Shown in pieces: positions 31,584-41,545 of a stretch of DNA of 64,000 bases; the stretch's first letter is position 1; each line of letters opens with the position of its first letter. The translations under genes and the position numbers were made by a program. The notes under the pieces were generated by a model that saw only the letters and a program-made list of their open reading frames with translations, was not told where the DNA came from and did not search any database. Source of the DNA: Actinomycetota bacterium (GTDB taxonomy: Bacteria > Actinomycetota > Thermoleophilia > Gaiellales > Gaiellaceae); the NCBI GenBank assembly GCA_947445525.1, contig CANFDS010000004.1, positions 191 through 64,190 on the forward strand. The letters are read 5' to 3'.

Positions 31584-32047
31584 TCAGTTCGGCGGCAGGA
31601 GCCGATACACGGTGGCGCGGATGCCCTCGGCGCCGGGCGGCCTCTGCTCAACCGTCCAGCCGCGCCCGGCCATCGCGTCGAGGAACTCGGCCAGCGCCGG
31701 CCGGCCCAAATCGGCCAGCAGCACCTGCCCGGCGGGCGTGACCAGTTGCGGCAGCAGAGCCACCAGCAACGCGACGTTGACCCGCTCGTAGAGCACGTCG
31801 GACGCCAGCACGAGCTCGAAGGGGCCCGCGGCGACAATCGGCCCCGACGCCGCCCAGCCACACTCCAGCAGCTCGACCGTCAGCCCGTTGCGACGTGCGT
31901 TCTCGGCCAAAGCTCCGCCCAGTAAGGCAGAAACTCGTCCCGGGCAAAGCGCTCCTCGTCGATGAGCGCCTCGCTGTCGCGGGGCAGAACGACGAGGAGC
32001 GAGCGGTCGCCCACGACCACCCGCTCCTCCATCAGGTCAGCCCACAT
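31584..32047 (-). pseudogene. Class I SAM-dependent methyltransferase remnant (internal deletion plus frameshift)
   Basis: The N fragment 'MWADLMEERVVVGDRSLLVVLPRDSEALIDEERFARDEFLPYWAELWP' (from ATG 32047) runs into a stop. In another frame follows 'ENARRNGLTVELLECGW...ELVLASDVLYE...'. The roughly 60-70 aa carrying the GxGxG SAM-binding motif between them is missing. Confidence 0.6.
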
Positions 32048-32083
32048 CTCTTCCACCGCCGGCGGCTGCCGGGGCGCGCCCGG

Positions 32084-32449
32084 CTAGGACGGCTTGTGGT
32101 CGACCATCTCGAGATACGCCATCTCGGCTGCGTCACCCTGGCGCGGTCCGAGCTTGATGATCCGGAGATAGCCGCCCGGCCGACCTACGAAGCGCGGCGC
32201 GACCTCGGCGAACAGCTTGTGCACGACCGCCTGCGAGCGCAGGAAGCCGAGCGCCTGGCGGCGCGAGTGGAGGTCGCCACGGCGGCCGAGGGTGATCATC
32301 TCCTCGGTGATCGGGCGCACCTCCTTCGCCTTCGCGAGAGTGGTCTTGATGCGGCCGTGCTCGATCACGGCGCCGGCAAGGTTCGAGTAGAGCGCCTTGC
32401 GATGCGCCGAGTCGCGGCCGAGCTTCCTGCCTTTGCTCTGATGCCTCAC
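32084..32449 (-). CDS. rplQ: 50S ribosomal protein L17
   Basis: '[24 protein letters not shown]' and its position after rpoA. Confidence 0.95.
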   Translation of the reverse strand: MRHQSKGRKLGRDSAHRKALYSNLAGAVIEHGRIKTTLAKAKEVRPITEEMITLGRRGDLHSRRQALGFLRSQAVVHKLFAEVAPRFVGRPGGYLRIIKLGPRQGDAAEMAYLEMVDHKPS

Positions 32450-32457
32450 GTCGCCTC

Positions 32458-33426
32458 CTACTCGTCGCCGCGCAGCTTCAGGCCGTGCCCGCTGAGCGTC
32501 TCCTTGACTTCCTCGATCGACTTGCGACCGAAGTTCGGGATCGCAGCCAGCTCCTGATCGCTCTTCGAGATCAGGTCGCCGATGGTCTCGATGCCGACGC
32601 GCTTCAGACAGTTGTACGAGCGCACGCCGAGCTCGAGCTCCTCGATCGGGAAGTTCTCCATCCCGTGGGCGCTCGACGTCTCGACGGCGCCCTCGGTGCC
32701 GGCGGAGTCCGAGAAGCCCTCGATGCGGTCGAGGTCGGTGAAGATGGCCAGCTGCCGGATCAGGATCTCGGCGGCCTCGCCGATGGCATCACGGGGATTG
32801 ACCGAGCCGTCCGTGGTGACGTCGAGCCGGAGCTTGTCGTAGTCGGTGCGCTGCCCGACGCGGGCGGCCTCGACCTCGTAGCTGACGCGCGTCACCGGCG
32901 AAAAGATGGAGTCGATCGGAATGACGCCGATCGACATCTCCGGCCCGCGGTTCATCTCGGCCGGGACGTAGCCGCGACCGCGGCCGATCGTCAGCGTCAT
33001 CTCGAGCTTGCCCTTGTCGGCGACGTTGGCGATCTCGAGCTCCGGGTTGAGGATCTCGAGGTCGGCCGGCGCCTCGATGTCGGCAGCCGTGACCAGGCCC
33101 GCGCCCTTCTTGAGAATGCGCACCTCGATCTCGGGCGACTCGCCGTGGAGCAGGCAGATCAGGCCCTTGAGATTGAGGATCAGGTCGGTGATGTCCTCCT
33201 TGACCCCCGGCACCGTCGTGAACTCGTGGGAGATCCCCTCGATCTTCACCGCGGTGACCGCAGCGCCCTCGAGCGACGACAGCAGCACGCGGCGCAGCGA
33301 GTTGCCGAAGGTGTGGCCGAAGCCGCGATCGAGCGGCTCGATCACGAAGATGCCACGGTGGTCGTCGACCTCTTCGTGGACGATGCGAGGGACCTGGAAG
33401 TCCATCAGGCTGGAGCGTGTTGCCAT
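32458..33426 (-). CDS. rpoA: DNA-directed RNA polymerase subunit alpha
   Basis: '[38 protein letters not shown]' and C-terminal domain '[22 protein letters not shown]'. SD GAAAGGAA. Confidence 0.95.
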   Translation of the reverse strand: MATRSSLMDFQVPRIVHEEVDDHRGIFVIEPLDRGFGHTFGNSLRRVLLSSLEGAAVTAVKIEGISHEFTTVPGVKEDITDLILNLKGLICLLHGESPEIEVRILKKGAGLVTAADIEAPADLEILNPELEIANVADKGKLEMTLTIGRGRGYVPAEMNRGPEMSIGVIPIDSIFSPVTRVSYEVEAARVGQRTDYDKLRLDVTTDGSVNPRDAIGEAAEILIRQLAIFTDLDRIEGFSDSAGTEGAVETSSAHGMENFPIEELELGVRSYNCLKRVGIETIGDLISKSDQELAAIPNFGRKSIEEVKETLSGHGLKLRGDE

Positions 33427-33463
33427 GCGTTCCTTTCGCTAGCGGCGGCTGTGGGCGCCGCGC

Positions 33464-34084
33464 CTACTTCGAGTAGAGCTCGACGATCAACGACTCCTGC
33501 ACCGCGGTATCGATCTCGGCCCGGTCGGGCAGCTTGAGGATCTTGCCGGTGAGGCCGTCGTGATCGGCCTGGAGCCAGGCTGCAACCGACGCGGTCAGAT
33601 CCGTGGCCTCGCGCACCGCGGGCTCTGCGGGCGAGCCGGTGCGGAGAGCGACGATGTCGTTGGTCTTGACCTGGTAGCTCGGGATGTTCACACGCCGTCC
33701 GTTGACCAGGAAGTGGCCGTGGCGGACGAGCTGCCGGGCCTGGTCGCGCGAGGCGGCGAAGCCGAGGCGGTAGACGACGTTGTCGAGACGGGTCTCGAGG
33801 ATGCGCAGCAGGTTTTCGCCGGTGACGCCGGACTTGCGCGCCGCCTTCTCGTAGTACGAACGGAACTGCTTCTCGAGCAGCCGGTAGGTGCGGCGCGCCT
33901 TCTGCTTCTCGCGCAACTGCAGCAGGTACTCGGACTGCTTGATGCGGCCACGGCCGTGCTGCCCGGGCGGGTAGCTGCGGCGCTCGAACGCGCACTTCTC
34001 GGTGAGGCAGCGCTCGCCCTTGAGGAACAGCTTCGTGCCCTCGCGACGGCACTGCTTGCACTTCGGCGACAGATCGCGCGCCAT
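33464..34084 (-). CDS. rpsD: 30S ribosomal protein S4
   Basis: '[18 protein letters not shown]' zinc-type N-terminus and an S4 domain. Confidence 0.95.
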   Translation of the reverse strand: MARDLSPKCKQCRREGTKLFLKGERCLTEKCAFERRSYPPGQHGRGRIKQSEYLLQLREKQKARRTYRLLEKQFRSYYEKAARKSGVTGENLLRILETRLDNVVYRLGFAASRDQARQLVRHGHFLVNGRRVNIPSYQVKTNDIVALRTGSPAEPAVREATDLTASVAAWLQADHDGLTGKILKLPDRAEIDTAVQESLIVELYSK

Positions 34085-34488
34085 TAGACCCTCCTACGCT
34101 TCCGCGGCCGGACGCCGTTGTGCGCCTGCGGGGTGACATCCCGCACGCCGGTGATCTCGAGGCCGGCGGCCTGGAGCGAGCGGACCGCCGTCTCGCGGCC
34201 GGAGCCTGGGCCCTTGACGAAGACCTCGACCTTCTGGAGGCCGTGCTCCATCCCCTTGCGGGCGGCGGCGTCGGCCGTCACCTGCGCTGCGAACGGCGTC
34301 GACTTGCGCGAGCCCTTGAAGCCCGCGGAGCCGGCCGACTCCCACGCGATGACGTTGCCGTCCTTGTCGGTGAGGGAGACGATCGTGTTGTTGAACGACG
34401 TCTTGATGTGCGCCTGGCCGATCGCAATGTTCTTGCGGACGCGACGGCGGGTGCGACCACGGGTCGCCGGACGACGAGGGGGAGCCAT
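34084..34488 (-). CDS. rpsK: 30S ribosomal protein S11
   Basis: '[20 protein letters not shown]...[17 protein letters not shown]'. Confidence 0.95.
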   Translation of the reverse strand: MAPPRRPATRGRTRRRVRKNIAIGQAHIKTSFNNTIVSLTDKDGNVIAWESAGSAGFKGSRKSTPFAAQVTADAAARKGMEHGLQKVEVFVKGPGSGRETAVRSLQAAGLEITGVRDVTPQAHNGVRPRKRRRV

Positions 34489-34863
34489 TTACTTGCCCTT
34501 CTTCCCGCGGCCGACGGTCTTCTTCGGACCCTTTCGGGTGCGGGCATTCGTCTTGGTGCGCTGACCGTTCGTCGGCAGGCCGCGGCGGTGCCGCAGACCG
34601 CGATAGCAGCCGATTTCCGAGAGGCGCTTGATCGCCTGCGTGCGCTCGCGGCGGAGGTCGCCCTCGACCGTCACGTTCCCATCGATGTAGTCGCGCAGCT
34701 TGCTGACTTCCTCGTCCGTCAGATCACGGACCTTCGTGTCCAGCGACAGCTCGAGCGCAGCGCAGATCTCGCGCGCCGTCGAGCGGCCGATGCCGAAGAT
34801 GTAGGTCAGCCCGATCTCGAGCCGCTTCTGGTTGGGCAGGTTGACGCCTGCAATACGTGCCAT
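34489..34863 (-). CDS. rpsM: 30S ribosomal protein S13
   Basis: '[23 protein letters not shown]'. Confidence 0.95.
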   Translation of the reverse strand: MARIAGVNLPNQKRLEIGLTYIFGIGRSTAREICAALELSLDTKVRDLTDEEVSKLRDYIDGNVTVEGDLRRERTQAIKRLSEIGCYRGLRHRRGLPTNGQRTKTNARTRKGPKKTVGRGKKGK

Positions 34864-34870
34864 CGCTTGC

Positions 34871-34984
34871 CTAACCCTGCCGCTGCTTGTGCCGGGGGTT
34901 GGTGCAGATGACCATGATGTGGCCGTGCCGCTTGATCACGCGGCAGCGCTCGCACATCGGCTTGACGGACGGTCTAACTTTCAT
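34871..34984 (-). CDS. rpmJ: 50S ribosomal protein L36 (zinc form)
   Basis: '[37 protein letters not shown]', 37 aa, forming the tail of ORF 34871..35290. Confidence 0.9.
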   Translation of the reverse strand: MKVRPSVKPMCERCRVIKRHGHIMVICTNPRHKQRQG

Positions 34985-35117
34985 TGGTACCTGTACGCAA
35001 TCCTTCCGCGATTCGCTGTTCGTACGGGACAGCGCCTGGCACATCGGGTGCCGGACGCAAGGTGATCGCAGCGCAAGCTTCCGCCTGCGACGCGGCCGCG
35101 TATCGTAGCAGAGGAAT
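34981..35117 (-). pseudogene. infA: Possible degraded remnant of translation initiation factor IF-1
   Basis: The last codons before rpmJ read '[10 protein letters not shown]', compared with the IF-1 C-terminus 'RGRI(V/T)YRYK*'. The TGA overlaps the rpmJ ATG. In the adjacent frame '[14 protein letters not shown]' resembles 'IRILPGDKV..LSPYD'. Only 133 nt lie between map and rpmJ, too short for a 72-aa IF-1. Confidence 0.35.
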
Positions 35118-35915
35118 TCAGCCAGCTCGGGATGCCGGCTCCTCGACCGGCCGAGCGCGTGTCGGCTGTGGATGACGTGTGAGAATACGAGGGCCGGCGG
35201 ACGTGATCGCGACGGTGTGCTCGAAGTGAGCCGCGAGCGAGCCGTCCTCGCTGGAGATCGACCACTCGTCGTCGTGGAGGACAACCTCATGGCTACCGAC
35301 GGTGATCATCGGCTCGACCGCAAAGACCATGCCCTCGGCGAGGATCGGGCCGCGGCCGGGAGCGCCGAAGTTGGGGATCTGCGGGTCCTCGTGCATCGAG
35401 CGGCCCACGCCGTGCCCGACCAGCGTGCGGATGACGCCGAAGCCGGCGGCCTCCGTGACCGTCTGGACGGCATGGCTGATGTCGGAGAGGCGGTTGCCGG
35501 GCCGGCATTCCGCAACCCCTGCGACGAGCGCCTGCTGGCACACGTCGAGCAGCCGCTGCGCCTCCGGAGCGATCGCCCCGACCGGGAACGTGTACGCGCA
35601 GTCGGAGACGAACCCGCCGAGCGTCACCCCGATGTCGACCGAGAGGATGTCGCCCTCTCTCAAGGCATACGGACCCGGGATACCGTGCACCACCATGCCG
35701 TTCGGCGATGCGCAGATCGACGCGGGGTAGCCGCGATAGCCCTTGAAGGTCGGTGTGCCGCCGCGTGACCGGATGTGCTGCTCGGCGATGTCGTCGAGCT
35801 CTGCGGTGGTGACGCCGACACGGATCGCCTGGCCCACCAGCACGTGCGTCTCGCTGACGAGGTCGCCCGCGCGAGCCATGCTCTCGATCTCCTGGGCGGA
35901 CTTGCGGATGATCAC
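35118..35915 (-). CDS. map: Type I methionine aminopeptidase
   Basis: Metal ligands are seen in '[12 protein letters not shown]', '[10 protein letters not shown]', 'FAVEP' and 'FEHTVAIT'. The GTG start overlaps the adk stop (GTGA). Confidence 0.9.
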   Translation of the reverse strand: MIIRKSAQEIESMARAGDLVSETHVLVGQAIRVGVTTAELDDIAEQHIRSRGGTPTFKGYRGYPASICASPNGMVVHGIPGPYALREGDILSVDIGVTLGGFVSDCAYTFPVGAIAPEAQRLLDVCQQALVAGVAECRPGNRLSDISHAVQTVTEAAGFGVIRTLVGHGVGRSMHEDPQIPNFGAPGRGPILAEGMVFAVEPMITVGSHEVVLHDDEWSISSEDGSLAAHFEHTVAITSAGPRILTRHPQPTRARPVEEPASRAG

Positions 35916-36487
35916 GCGACGGCCTGCTGGAGCGCGCCGGCGAGATCGGCGTCGACCTCGTCGATCGAGCGCTCGGCGCGGATCACGACGAGGATGCCCG
36001 CGGCGCGGTAGTGGCCGACGATCGGCTCCGTCTGCTCGCGGTAGATCGTGAGCCTCTTGACGATCACCTGCGCGGTGTCGTCCGGGCGCCCCTCCTCGAT
36101 CGCGCGACCGAGGCAGCGCTCCAGCGCGAGCCCGTCCGAGAGGCCGAACTCGAAGACGACCGACAGCGGCCGGCCGATCCGAACCAGCATCTCGTCGAGG
36201 GCATGCGCCTGCGCCATGGTGCGCGGGAAGCCGTCGAGCACGAAGCCGGCGGCCGTATCGGGCTGCTGAAGCCGCTCGCTGATGAGCCCGATCGTCAGCT
36301 CGTCAGGAACGAGGCTGCCGCTGTCGAGATAGGGCTGTACCTGCCGTCCCAGCTCGGTCTGTTCGGCGATCGCAGCGCGAAAGATGTCGCCGGTGGCGAT
36401 GTGGGGGATGCCCCTGGCAGCGGCGAGACGCTTCGCCTGGGTCCCCTTCCCCGAGCCCTGCGGGCCGATGAAGAGGACGTTGATCAC
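35912..36487 (-). CDS. adk: Adenylate kinase (short-lid form)
   Basis: P-loop 'GPQGSGKGTQ', 'GFVLDGFPRT', and no Cys4 lid. Confidence 0.9.
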   Translation of the reverse strand: MINVLFIGPQGSGKGTQAKRLAAARGIPHIATGDIFRAAIAEQTELGRQVQPYLDSGSLVPDELTIGLISERLQQPDTAAGFVLDGFPRTMAQAHALDEMLVRIGRPLSVVFEFGLSDGLALERCLGRAIEEGRPDDTAQVIVKRLTIYREQTEPIVGHYRAAGILVVIRAERSIDEVDADLAGALQQAVA

Positions 36488-37737
36488 TTCAGGAAGCCCT
36501 CGTAGTTGCGCATCATCATCTGCGACTCCATCTGGCGCATCGTGTCCAGGGCGACGCCGACGACGATCAGCACCGAGGTGCCGCCCAGGGCCTGCGAGGT
36601 GGCCTGCGAGAAGTTGCCGTAGCGGATGAAGATGCTCGGCAGCACGGCGATGATCGCCAGGTACAGCGCTCCGGGCAGCGTGAGTCGTGACAGCACGCGG
36701 TCGAGGTACTGCGCCGTCGGCGCGCCCGGCCGGATACCCGGGATGTACCCACCCTGCTTGCGCAGGTTGTCGGCCTGGTCGACCGGATTGAACTGCACCG
36801 CCGTGTAGAAGTACGTGAAGGTGATGATCAGGATCGCCTCGAGCGCGAGGTACGGCAAGTCGCTCGGACGGAACTGGTTGTTGATGAAGTTCGCCGTGCC
36901 CGGGAAGAACTGGGCGATCGTCGGCGGGAACGCCATCACGGCCGCCGCGAAGATGACGGGAATGACGCCTGCCATGTTGACACGCAGCGGCATGTACGTG
37001 GTGCCACCACCCATCAGGCGGTCGCCCACCATCCGCTTGGCGTACTGGATCGGGATGCGGCGCTGGCCCTCCTGCACGAACACGACGATGACGACGATGC
37101 CGACCGCGAAGATCGGGAAGAAGAGCTTCTCGAGCGGCCCGCCGCTTGTCCAGGCCTGGATGCCGGCCGGGGCGCTGGTCAGGATCGAAGCGAAGATCAG
37201 CAGTGAGATGCCGTTGCCGATGCCGCGCTTGGTGATGAGCTCACCCATCCACATCAGCAGCGCGGTGCCGGCGGTGAGCGTGACGACGATCAGCACGACA
37301 CGGCCGGCATTTGCATCGAGCGCGCCCTGACGCTTGAACAGGTACGCGTAGCCGAGCGCCTGCACCGCGGCCAGGCCGACGGTGCTGTACCGGGTGTACT
37401 GGCTGATCTTGGCCTGGCCCGCCTCGCCTTCCTTCTGCAGCTGCTCGAGCTTCGGGATCACCACGGCGAGGAGCTGGATGATGATCGACGCCGTGACGTA
37501 CGGCATGATCCCGAGCGCGAAGATCGCGAACGACGACAGCGCCCCGCCGGAGAACAGGTTGAGCAGACCGAGCACGGTGCTGCCCTGGTTCTTGAAGTAC
37601 GACTGGATCTGGCCGGCGTCCACTCCCGGCGCAGGCATCCATGCACCCAGCCGATAGAGCGCCAGGATCAGGGCGGTGAAGAGCACGCGCTTCCGGAGAT
37701 CCGGAACACGCCAGGCGTTCGCAAGCCAGCTGAACAC
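36484..37737 (-). CDS. secY: Preprotein translocase subunit SecY
   Basis: 10 TM helices, 'LNLFSGGAL..FAIFALGIMPYVTASII', and its position after rplO. Confidence 0.95.
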   Translation of the reverse strand: MFSWLANAWRVPDLRKRVLFTALILALYRLGAWMPAPGVDAGQIQSYFKNQGSTVLGLLNLFSGGALSSFAIFALGIMPYVTASIIIQLLAVVIPKLEQLQKEGEAGQAKISQYTRYSTVGLAAVQALGYAYLFKRQGALDANAGRVVLIVVTLTAGTALLMWMGELITKRGIGNGISLLIFASILTSAPAGIQAWTSGGPLEKLFFPIFAVGIVVIVVFVQEGQRRIPIQYAKRMVGDRLMGGGTTYMPLRVNMAGVIPVIFAAAVMAFPPTIAQFFPGTANFINNQFRPSDLPYLALEAILIITFTYFYTAVQFNPVDQADNLRKQGGYIPGIRPGAPTAQYLDRVLSRLTLPGALYLAIIAVLPSIFIRYGNFSQATSQALGGTSVLIVVGVALDTMRQMESQMMMRNYEGFLK

Positions 37738-37743
37738 GACGGT

Positions 37744-38340
37744 CTAGGAGCCGGCTTCCTCGGTCGCAGGCTCAGCGGCCTCGGCCTCGGGGGTAGACGT
37801 CTCCTCCGGCTCGACCGCAGTCGGCTGCACGCGACGGACGGCCTTCTTCTTGGCCTTCGGCTCGCGCAGCAGCACGATGGTGCCGCCCGCCTGCTCGATC
37901 TTCACGCGCGCGGACGCCGACAGATTGTGCGCCGACACCGTCAGCTTCTTCGTGAGCTCACCGTCACCAAGGATCTTCACGTCCTCCTTGACTGTGCGGA
38001 TGAGGCCGTGCTGCTTGAGCAGGTCGGGCGTCACCTCGGTGCCGGCGTCGAACCGCTCGAGATCGCGCACGTTGACCGGCTGCTGATACGTCCGGAACGG
38101 CCCGATCGGCATCGCGTCCTTGGACGTGGCGCCGCGCTGCTTCGGCACGCGCATGTAGATCGGCATCTGGCCGCCCTCGAAGCCCGCCCGCATCATGTGC
38201 GAGCCGGAACGGGACTTCTGCCCCTTGATGCCGCGACCGGAATAGCGGCCCTTGCCCGAGCCCTGCCCACGACCCACGCGCTTGCGATCCTTGCGCGGCT
38301 GGGCGGGGGAGAGATTGGAGAGAGTGAGTTCGTTCGCCAT
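37744..38340 (-). CDS. rplO: 50S ribosomal protein L15 (with C-terminal extension of about 50 aa)
   Basis: 'RKRVGRGQGSGKGRYSGRGIKGQKSRSG'. The tail 'KAKKKAVRRVQPTAVEPEETSTPEAEAAEPATEEAGS' lies beyond the conserved core. Confidence 0.95.
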   Translation of the reverse strand: MANELTLSNLSPAQPRKDRKRVGRGQGSGKGRYSGRGIKGQKSRSGSHMMRAGFEGGQMPIYMRVPKQRGATSKDAMPIGPFRTYQQPVNVRDLERFDAGTEVTPDLLKQHGLIRTVKEDVKILGDGELTKKLTVSAHNLSASARVKIEQAGGTIVLLREPKAKKKAVRRVQPTAVEPEETSTPEAEAAEPATEEAGS

Positions 38341-38528
38341 TAGCTCGCAGCCTCCACCTTCACAAGATGCGCAACGAGCCGCAGCATACCGGCGACCTGC
38401 GGCGTGTCATCACGCTCGACCGACCGGCCGATCTTGCCGAGGCCGAGGGCACGCAGCGCGCCGCGGTGCCTCTGGCTCTCGCCGATCTCGCTCCGGGTCT
38501 GGGTGATCTTCAGCTTTGCCATGGTCAT
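38340..38528 (-). CDS. rpmD: 50S ribosomal protein L30
   Basis: '[26 protein letters not shown]'. Confidence 0.9.
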   Translation of the reverse strand: MTMAKLKITQTRSEIGESQRHRGALRALGLGKIGRSVERDDTPQVAGMLRLVAHLVKVEAAS

Positions 38529-39100
38529 GCCTCCTGCGTCTCCGCGACGGCACCCTCGGCCACGGCCACGGCCTCTTCCTCGACCGCGACGACCTTGCGC
38601 AGCGGCAGCACGTCGGAGATGCGCAGCCCACGGATGCGGGAGACGTCCTCGGGGCGGCGCAGCTTCTTCAGCGCAACCTCGGTCGCCTTCAGCATGTTGA
38701 TCGGGTTGGTCGTGCCGAGGCTCTTCGCGAGGACGTCGTGGACGCCCGCCAGCTCGAGCACTGCACGCATGCCGCCGCCGGCGATGACGCCGGTGCCCTC
38801 ACTGGCGGGGCGGAGGATGACGCGTGCAGCGTCGAACTCGCCCTCGACCGCGTGGGTGATCGTCGTGCCGTGCTTCGGCACCGTGAACATGTTCTTCTTC
38901 GCGTCGTCGACAGCCTTGGAGATGGCGAGCGGAACCTCACGCGCCTTCCCGTAGCCGATGCCGACCCGGTTGACGCCGTCGCCGATCACCACGAGCGCGG
39001 TGAACGAGAACCGGCGACCGCCCTTGACGACCTTGGCGACGCGGTTGATCTCGACGACGCGCTCCTTGAGCTCCCTCGTCTCTGCGATCTCGACGCTCAA
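38525..39100 (-). CDS. rpsE: 30S ribosomal protein S5
   Basis: '[38 protein letters not shown]'. Confidence 0.95.
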   Translation of the reverse strand: MSVEIAETRELKERVVEINRVAKVVKGGRRFSFTALVVIGDGVNRVGIGYGKAREVPLAISKAVDDAKKNMFTVPKHGTTITHAVEGEFDAARVILRPASEGTGVIAGGGMRAVLELAGVHDVLAKSLGTTNPINMLKATEVALKKLRRPEDVSRIRGLRISDVLPLRKVVAVEEEAVAVAEGAVAETQEA

Positions 39101-39450
39101 AACTCCAACCCTCCCTCGCGCGCACCATCGGCGAGCGCCTTGACACGGCCGTGGTAGAGGTAGCCGCCACGGTCGAACACGACTGCCGTGACGCCTGCCT
39201 CCTTCGCCTTCGCGGCGAGGAGCTTGCCGACCTCCGTGGCCTGGGCGGTCTTGTTGCCCTTGAAGTCACGGATGTTCTGCCAGCTCGCCGCGGCCAGCGT
39301 CTTGCCGGCCTTGTCGTCCACGATCTGCGCGGCGACCCCGCGATTCGAGCGGAACACCGCGAGGCGGGGCCGCTCGGGGGTGCCGGAGACCTTGCCGCGG
39401 ATCCGGCGCTGCCGGCGACGACGGGCCTCGAGAGTCGTGAGCTTGCTCAT
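39097..39450 (-). CDS. rplR: 50S ribosomal protein L18
   Basis: '[26 protein letters not shown]...[27 protein letters not shown]'. Confidence 0.95.
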   Translation of the reverse strand: MSKLTTLEARRRRQRRIRGKVSGTPERPRLAVFRSNRGVAAQIVDDKAGKTLAAASWQNIRDFKGNKTAQATEVGKLLAAKAKEAGVTAVVFDRGGYLYHGRVKALADGAREGGLEF

Positions 39451-39980
39451 GCCCTCTTACCAACCTTCCTGCGGACGACCTCGCCCTCGTAGCGGATGCC
39501 CTTGCCCTTGTAGGGCTCCGGCGGCCGTACGGCGCGGATCTCGGCGGCCGTCTGGCCGACCTGCTGCTTGTTGATGCCCTTGACGACGATCTGCGTCGGA
39601 GCGGGCACCTCGAACGAGATGCCGGGCCGAGGCACGATCACGACCGGGTGCGAGTAGCCGGCGGCGATCACGAGCTCAGCGCCGTTGAGCACCGCGCGAT
39701 AACCGACGCCCTGGATCTCGAGCTTGCGCTCGTAGCCCTTGGTGACGCCCTCGACCATGTTCGCGACGAGGGTGCGGGTGAGGCCGTGGAGTGCCCGATC
39801 GGGGCCACGATCGGTCGGCCGGGTGACGAGCACCTGGTCGTCCTCCTGGCTGATCGCGATGCGCGGCGGCACCTGCTGCTCGAGCTCGCCCAGCGGGCCC
39901 TTCACGACGACGCGGCCGGGCGCGACGTCGATGGAGACGCCTGCGGGCACGGGGATTGGCTTACGTCCAATGCGGCTCAT
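39447..39980 (-). CDS. rplF: 50S ribosomal protein L6
   Basis: '[15 protein letters not shown]...[10 protein letters not shown]...[11 protein letters not shown]'. Confidence 0.95.
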   Translation of the reverse strand: MSRIGRKPIPVPAGVSIDVAPGRVVVKGPLGELEQQVPPRIAISQEDDQVLVTRPTDRGPDRALHGLTRTLVANMVEGVTKGYERKLEIQGVGYRAVLNGAELVIAAGYSHPVVIVPRPGISFEVPAPTQIVVKGINKQQVGQTAAEIRAVRPPEPYKGKGIRYEGEVVRRKVGKRA

Positions 39981-39984
39981 AGGG

Positions 39985-40380
39985 TCACCAAACGAAGCAG
40001 ATCACTTCGCCGCCAATGCCCTCGATCTCGGCAGTGCGGCTGGTGATCACGCCCTTGGACGTGGACAGGATTGCGGTGCCCATGCCACCGAGCACGCGCG
40101 GGAGGCGGTCCTTCCGCGCATACACGCGGCGGCCCGGCTTGGAGACGCGCTTGATGCCGGTGATGACGCGTTCGCGCCCCTTCCCGTACTTCAACTCGAC
40201 GACGAGCGTGTCGAAGCTCTCACCCTTCACGATGGAGAAGTCACGGATGTACCCCTCCTCTTTGAGGATCCGGGCGATCTGCTCCTTCAGGCGCGAGGTC
40301 GGCATCTCGGTGCGCTCGTGCATCGCCTTGTTGGCGTTGCGGATACGCGTGAGCATGTCGGCGATCGGATCGGTCAGCAC
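39985..40380 (-). CDS. rpsH: 30S ribosomal protein S8
   Basis: '[15 protein letters not shown]...GGEVICFVW'. Confidence 0.95.
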   Translation of the reverse strand: MLTDPIADMLTRIRNANKAMHERTEMPTSRLKEQIARILKEEGYIRDFSIVKGESFDTLVVELKYGKGRERVITGIKRVSKPGRRVYARKDRLPRVLGGMGTAILSTSKGVITSRTAEIEGIGGEVICFVW

Positions 40381-40390
40381 GCTTCGCTCC

Positions 40391-40576
40391 TCACCACGAG
40401 CTCTTTGTCATACCGGGAATGACGCCTGCATGCGCGAGGTCGCGCAGGCAGATCCGGCACACGCCGAACTTGCGATACACGGAACGCGGGCGCCCACAGC
40501 GTGTGCAACGGCTGTACTGGCGCACCTTGAAGCGCTGGGGCCGGGCCGCCTTAGCGATCATGGACTTCTTCGCCAC
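40391..40576 (-). CDS. rpsZ: 30S ribosomal protein S14 type Z (zinc form, 61 aa)
   Basis: GTG start giving '[60 protein letters not shown]' with CxxC...CxxC. Confidence 0.9.
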   Translation of the reverse strand: MAKKSMIAKAARPQRFKVRQYSRCTRCGRPRSVYRKFGVCRICLRDLAHAGVIPGMTKSSW

Positions 40577-40577
40577 G

Positions 40578-41174
40578 CTACTGGTCACCTCTCTCAGCCG
40601 CGAACGGAAGCCCGAGCCCGCGCAGGAGTGCGCGCGCCTCGTCATCCGTCTGGGCAGTGGTCGTGATCGCGACGTCGAGCCCGCGCAGCGTGCTCACGTC
40701 GTCGTAGTTGATCTCCGGAAAGATGATCTGCTCGCGGATGCCGAGCGCATAGTTGCCACGACCGTCGAACGACCGCGGGTTGAGCCCGCGGAAGTCGCGG
40801 ATGCGCGGCAGCGCGACGGCGACGAGCCGATCGAGGAACTCGTACATCCGGGCACCGCGCAGGGTCACGCGGCAGCCGATTGGCATGCCTTCGCGGAGCT
40901 TGAAGCTGGCGATCGACTTCGTCGCCTTGCGGATCTGCGCCCGCTGCCCCGCGATGGTGGTGAGCTCCTCGAAGGCTGCGTCGAGCAGCTTCGAGTCGGT
41001 CTTGGCCTCGCCGACACCCATGTTCAGCGTGATCTTGGTGATCCGCGGAACCTGCATGATCGAGGCCAGGCCGAGCTCCTCCTTGAGCTGGGGCCGGAGC
41101 TCCTCGTACCGCAGCTTGAGGCGCGGCTGGTAGCCGTTGCCGTCGCTGGTGGGGGTCGCCTTCTTCGCGCTCAC
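40578..41174 (-). CDS. rplE: 50S ribosomal protein L5
   Basis: 'PRLKLRYEE...NMGVGEA...[19 protein letters not shown]'. Confidence 0.95.
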   Translation of the reverse strand: MSAKKATPTSDGNGYQPRLKLRYEELRPQLKEELGLASIMQVPRITKITLNMGVGEAKTDSKLLDAAFEELTTIAGQRAQIRKATKSIASFKLREGMPIGCRVTLRGARMYEFLDRLVAVALPRIRDFRGLNPRSFDGRGNYALGIREQIIFPEINYDDVSTLRGLDVAITTTAQTDDEARALLRGLGLPFAAERGDQ

Positions 41175-41545
41175 CGGTGATCACCCTTGTCGATCTCTTC
41201 GTTGCACTTCTTGCACACGCGGAGCTTGACCTGCTGGCCCTTGATCTCGCGCACGGTCATGCCGACACGGGTCGGCTTCTTGCAAACGGGGCACACCAGC
41301 ATGACGTTCGAGACGTCGATCGCGGCCGGCTTCTCGATGATGCCGCCGGGCGTGATCTGGCCGCCGAGAGCACCCCCGCCCTGCACAGGGCGCGGGCGCG
41401 TGTGGCGCTTCATCATCGCGATGTTCTCGACGACGACGCGGTGCTCGCGCGGGCGAGCCTCGATGACCTTGCCCTGCTTGCCCCGGTCCTTGCCGGTGAT
41501 GACCTGGACGGTGTCGCCCTTCTTGATCTTCATGGCCAGGGTCAC
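41171..41545 (-). CDS. rplX: 50S ribosomal protein L24 (with Cys4 zinc-ribbon-like C-terminal part)
   Basis: KOW motif '[22 protein letters not shown]'. The C-terminal part is '[10 protein letters not shown]...[10 protein letters not shown]'. Confidence 0.95.
   Translation of the reverse strand: MTLAMKIKKGDTVQVITGKDRGKQGKVIEARPREHRVVVENIAMMKRHTRPRPVQGGGALGGQITPGGIIEKPAAIDVSNVMLVCPVCKKPTRVGMTVREIKGQQVKLRVCKKCNEEIDKGDHR

Noticed and set aside
34981-35265. The 94-aa ORF overlapping the map 3' end as a real protein-coding gene.
   Set aside because: Its upstream two-thirds lie inside map in another frame and are Arg/Ser/Gly-rich with no IF-1 similarity. Only the last roughly 10 codons resemble IF-1, which fits a remnant rather than a functional gene.
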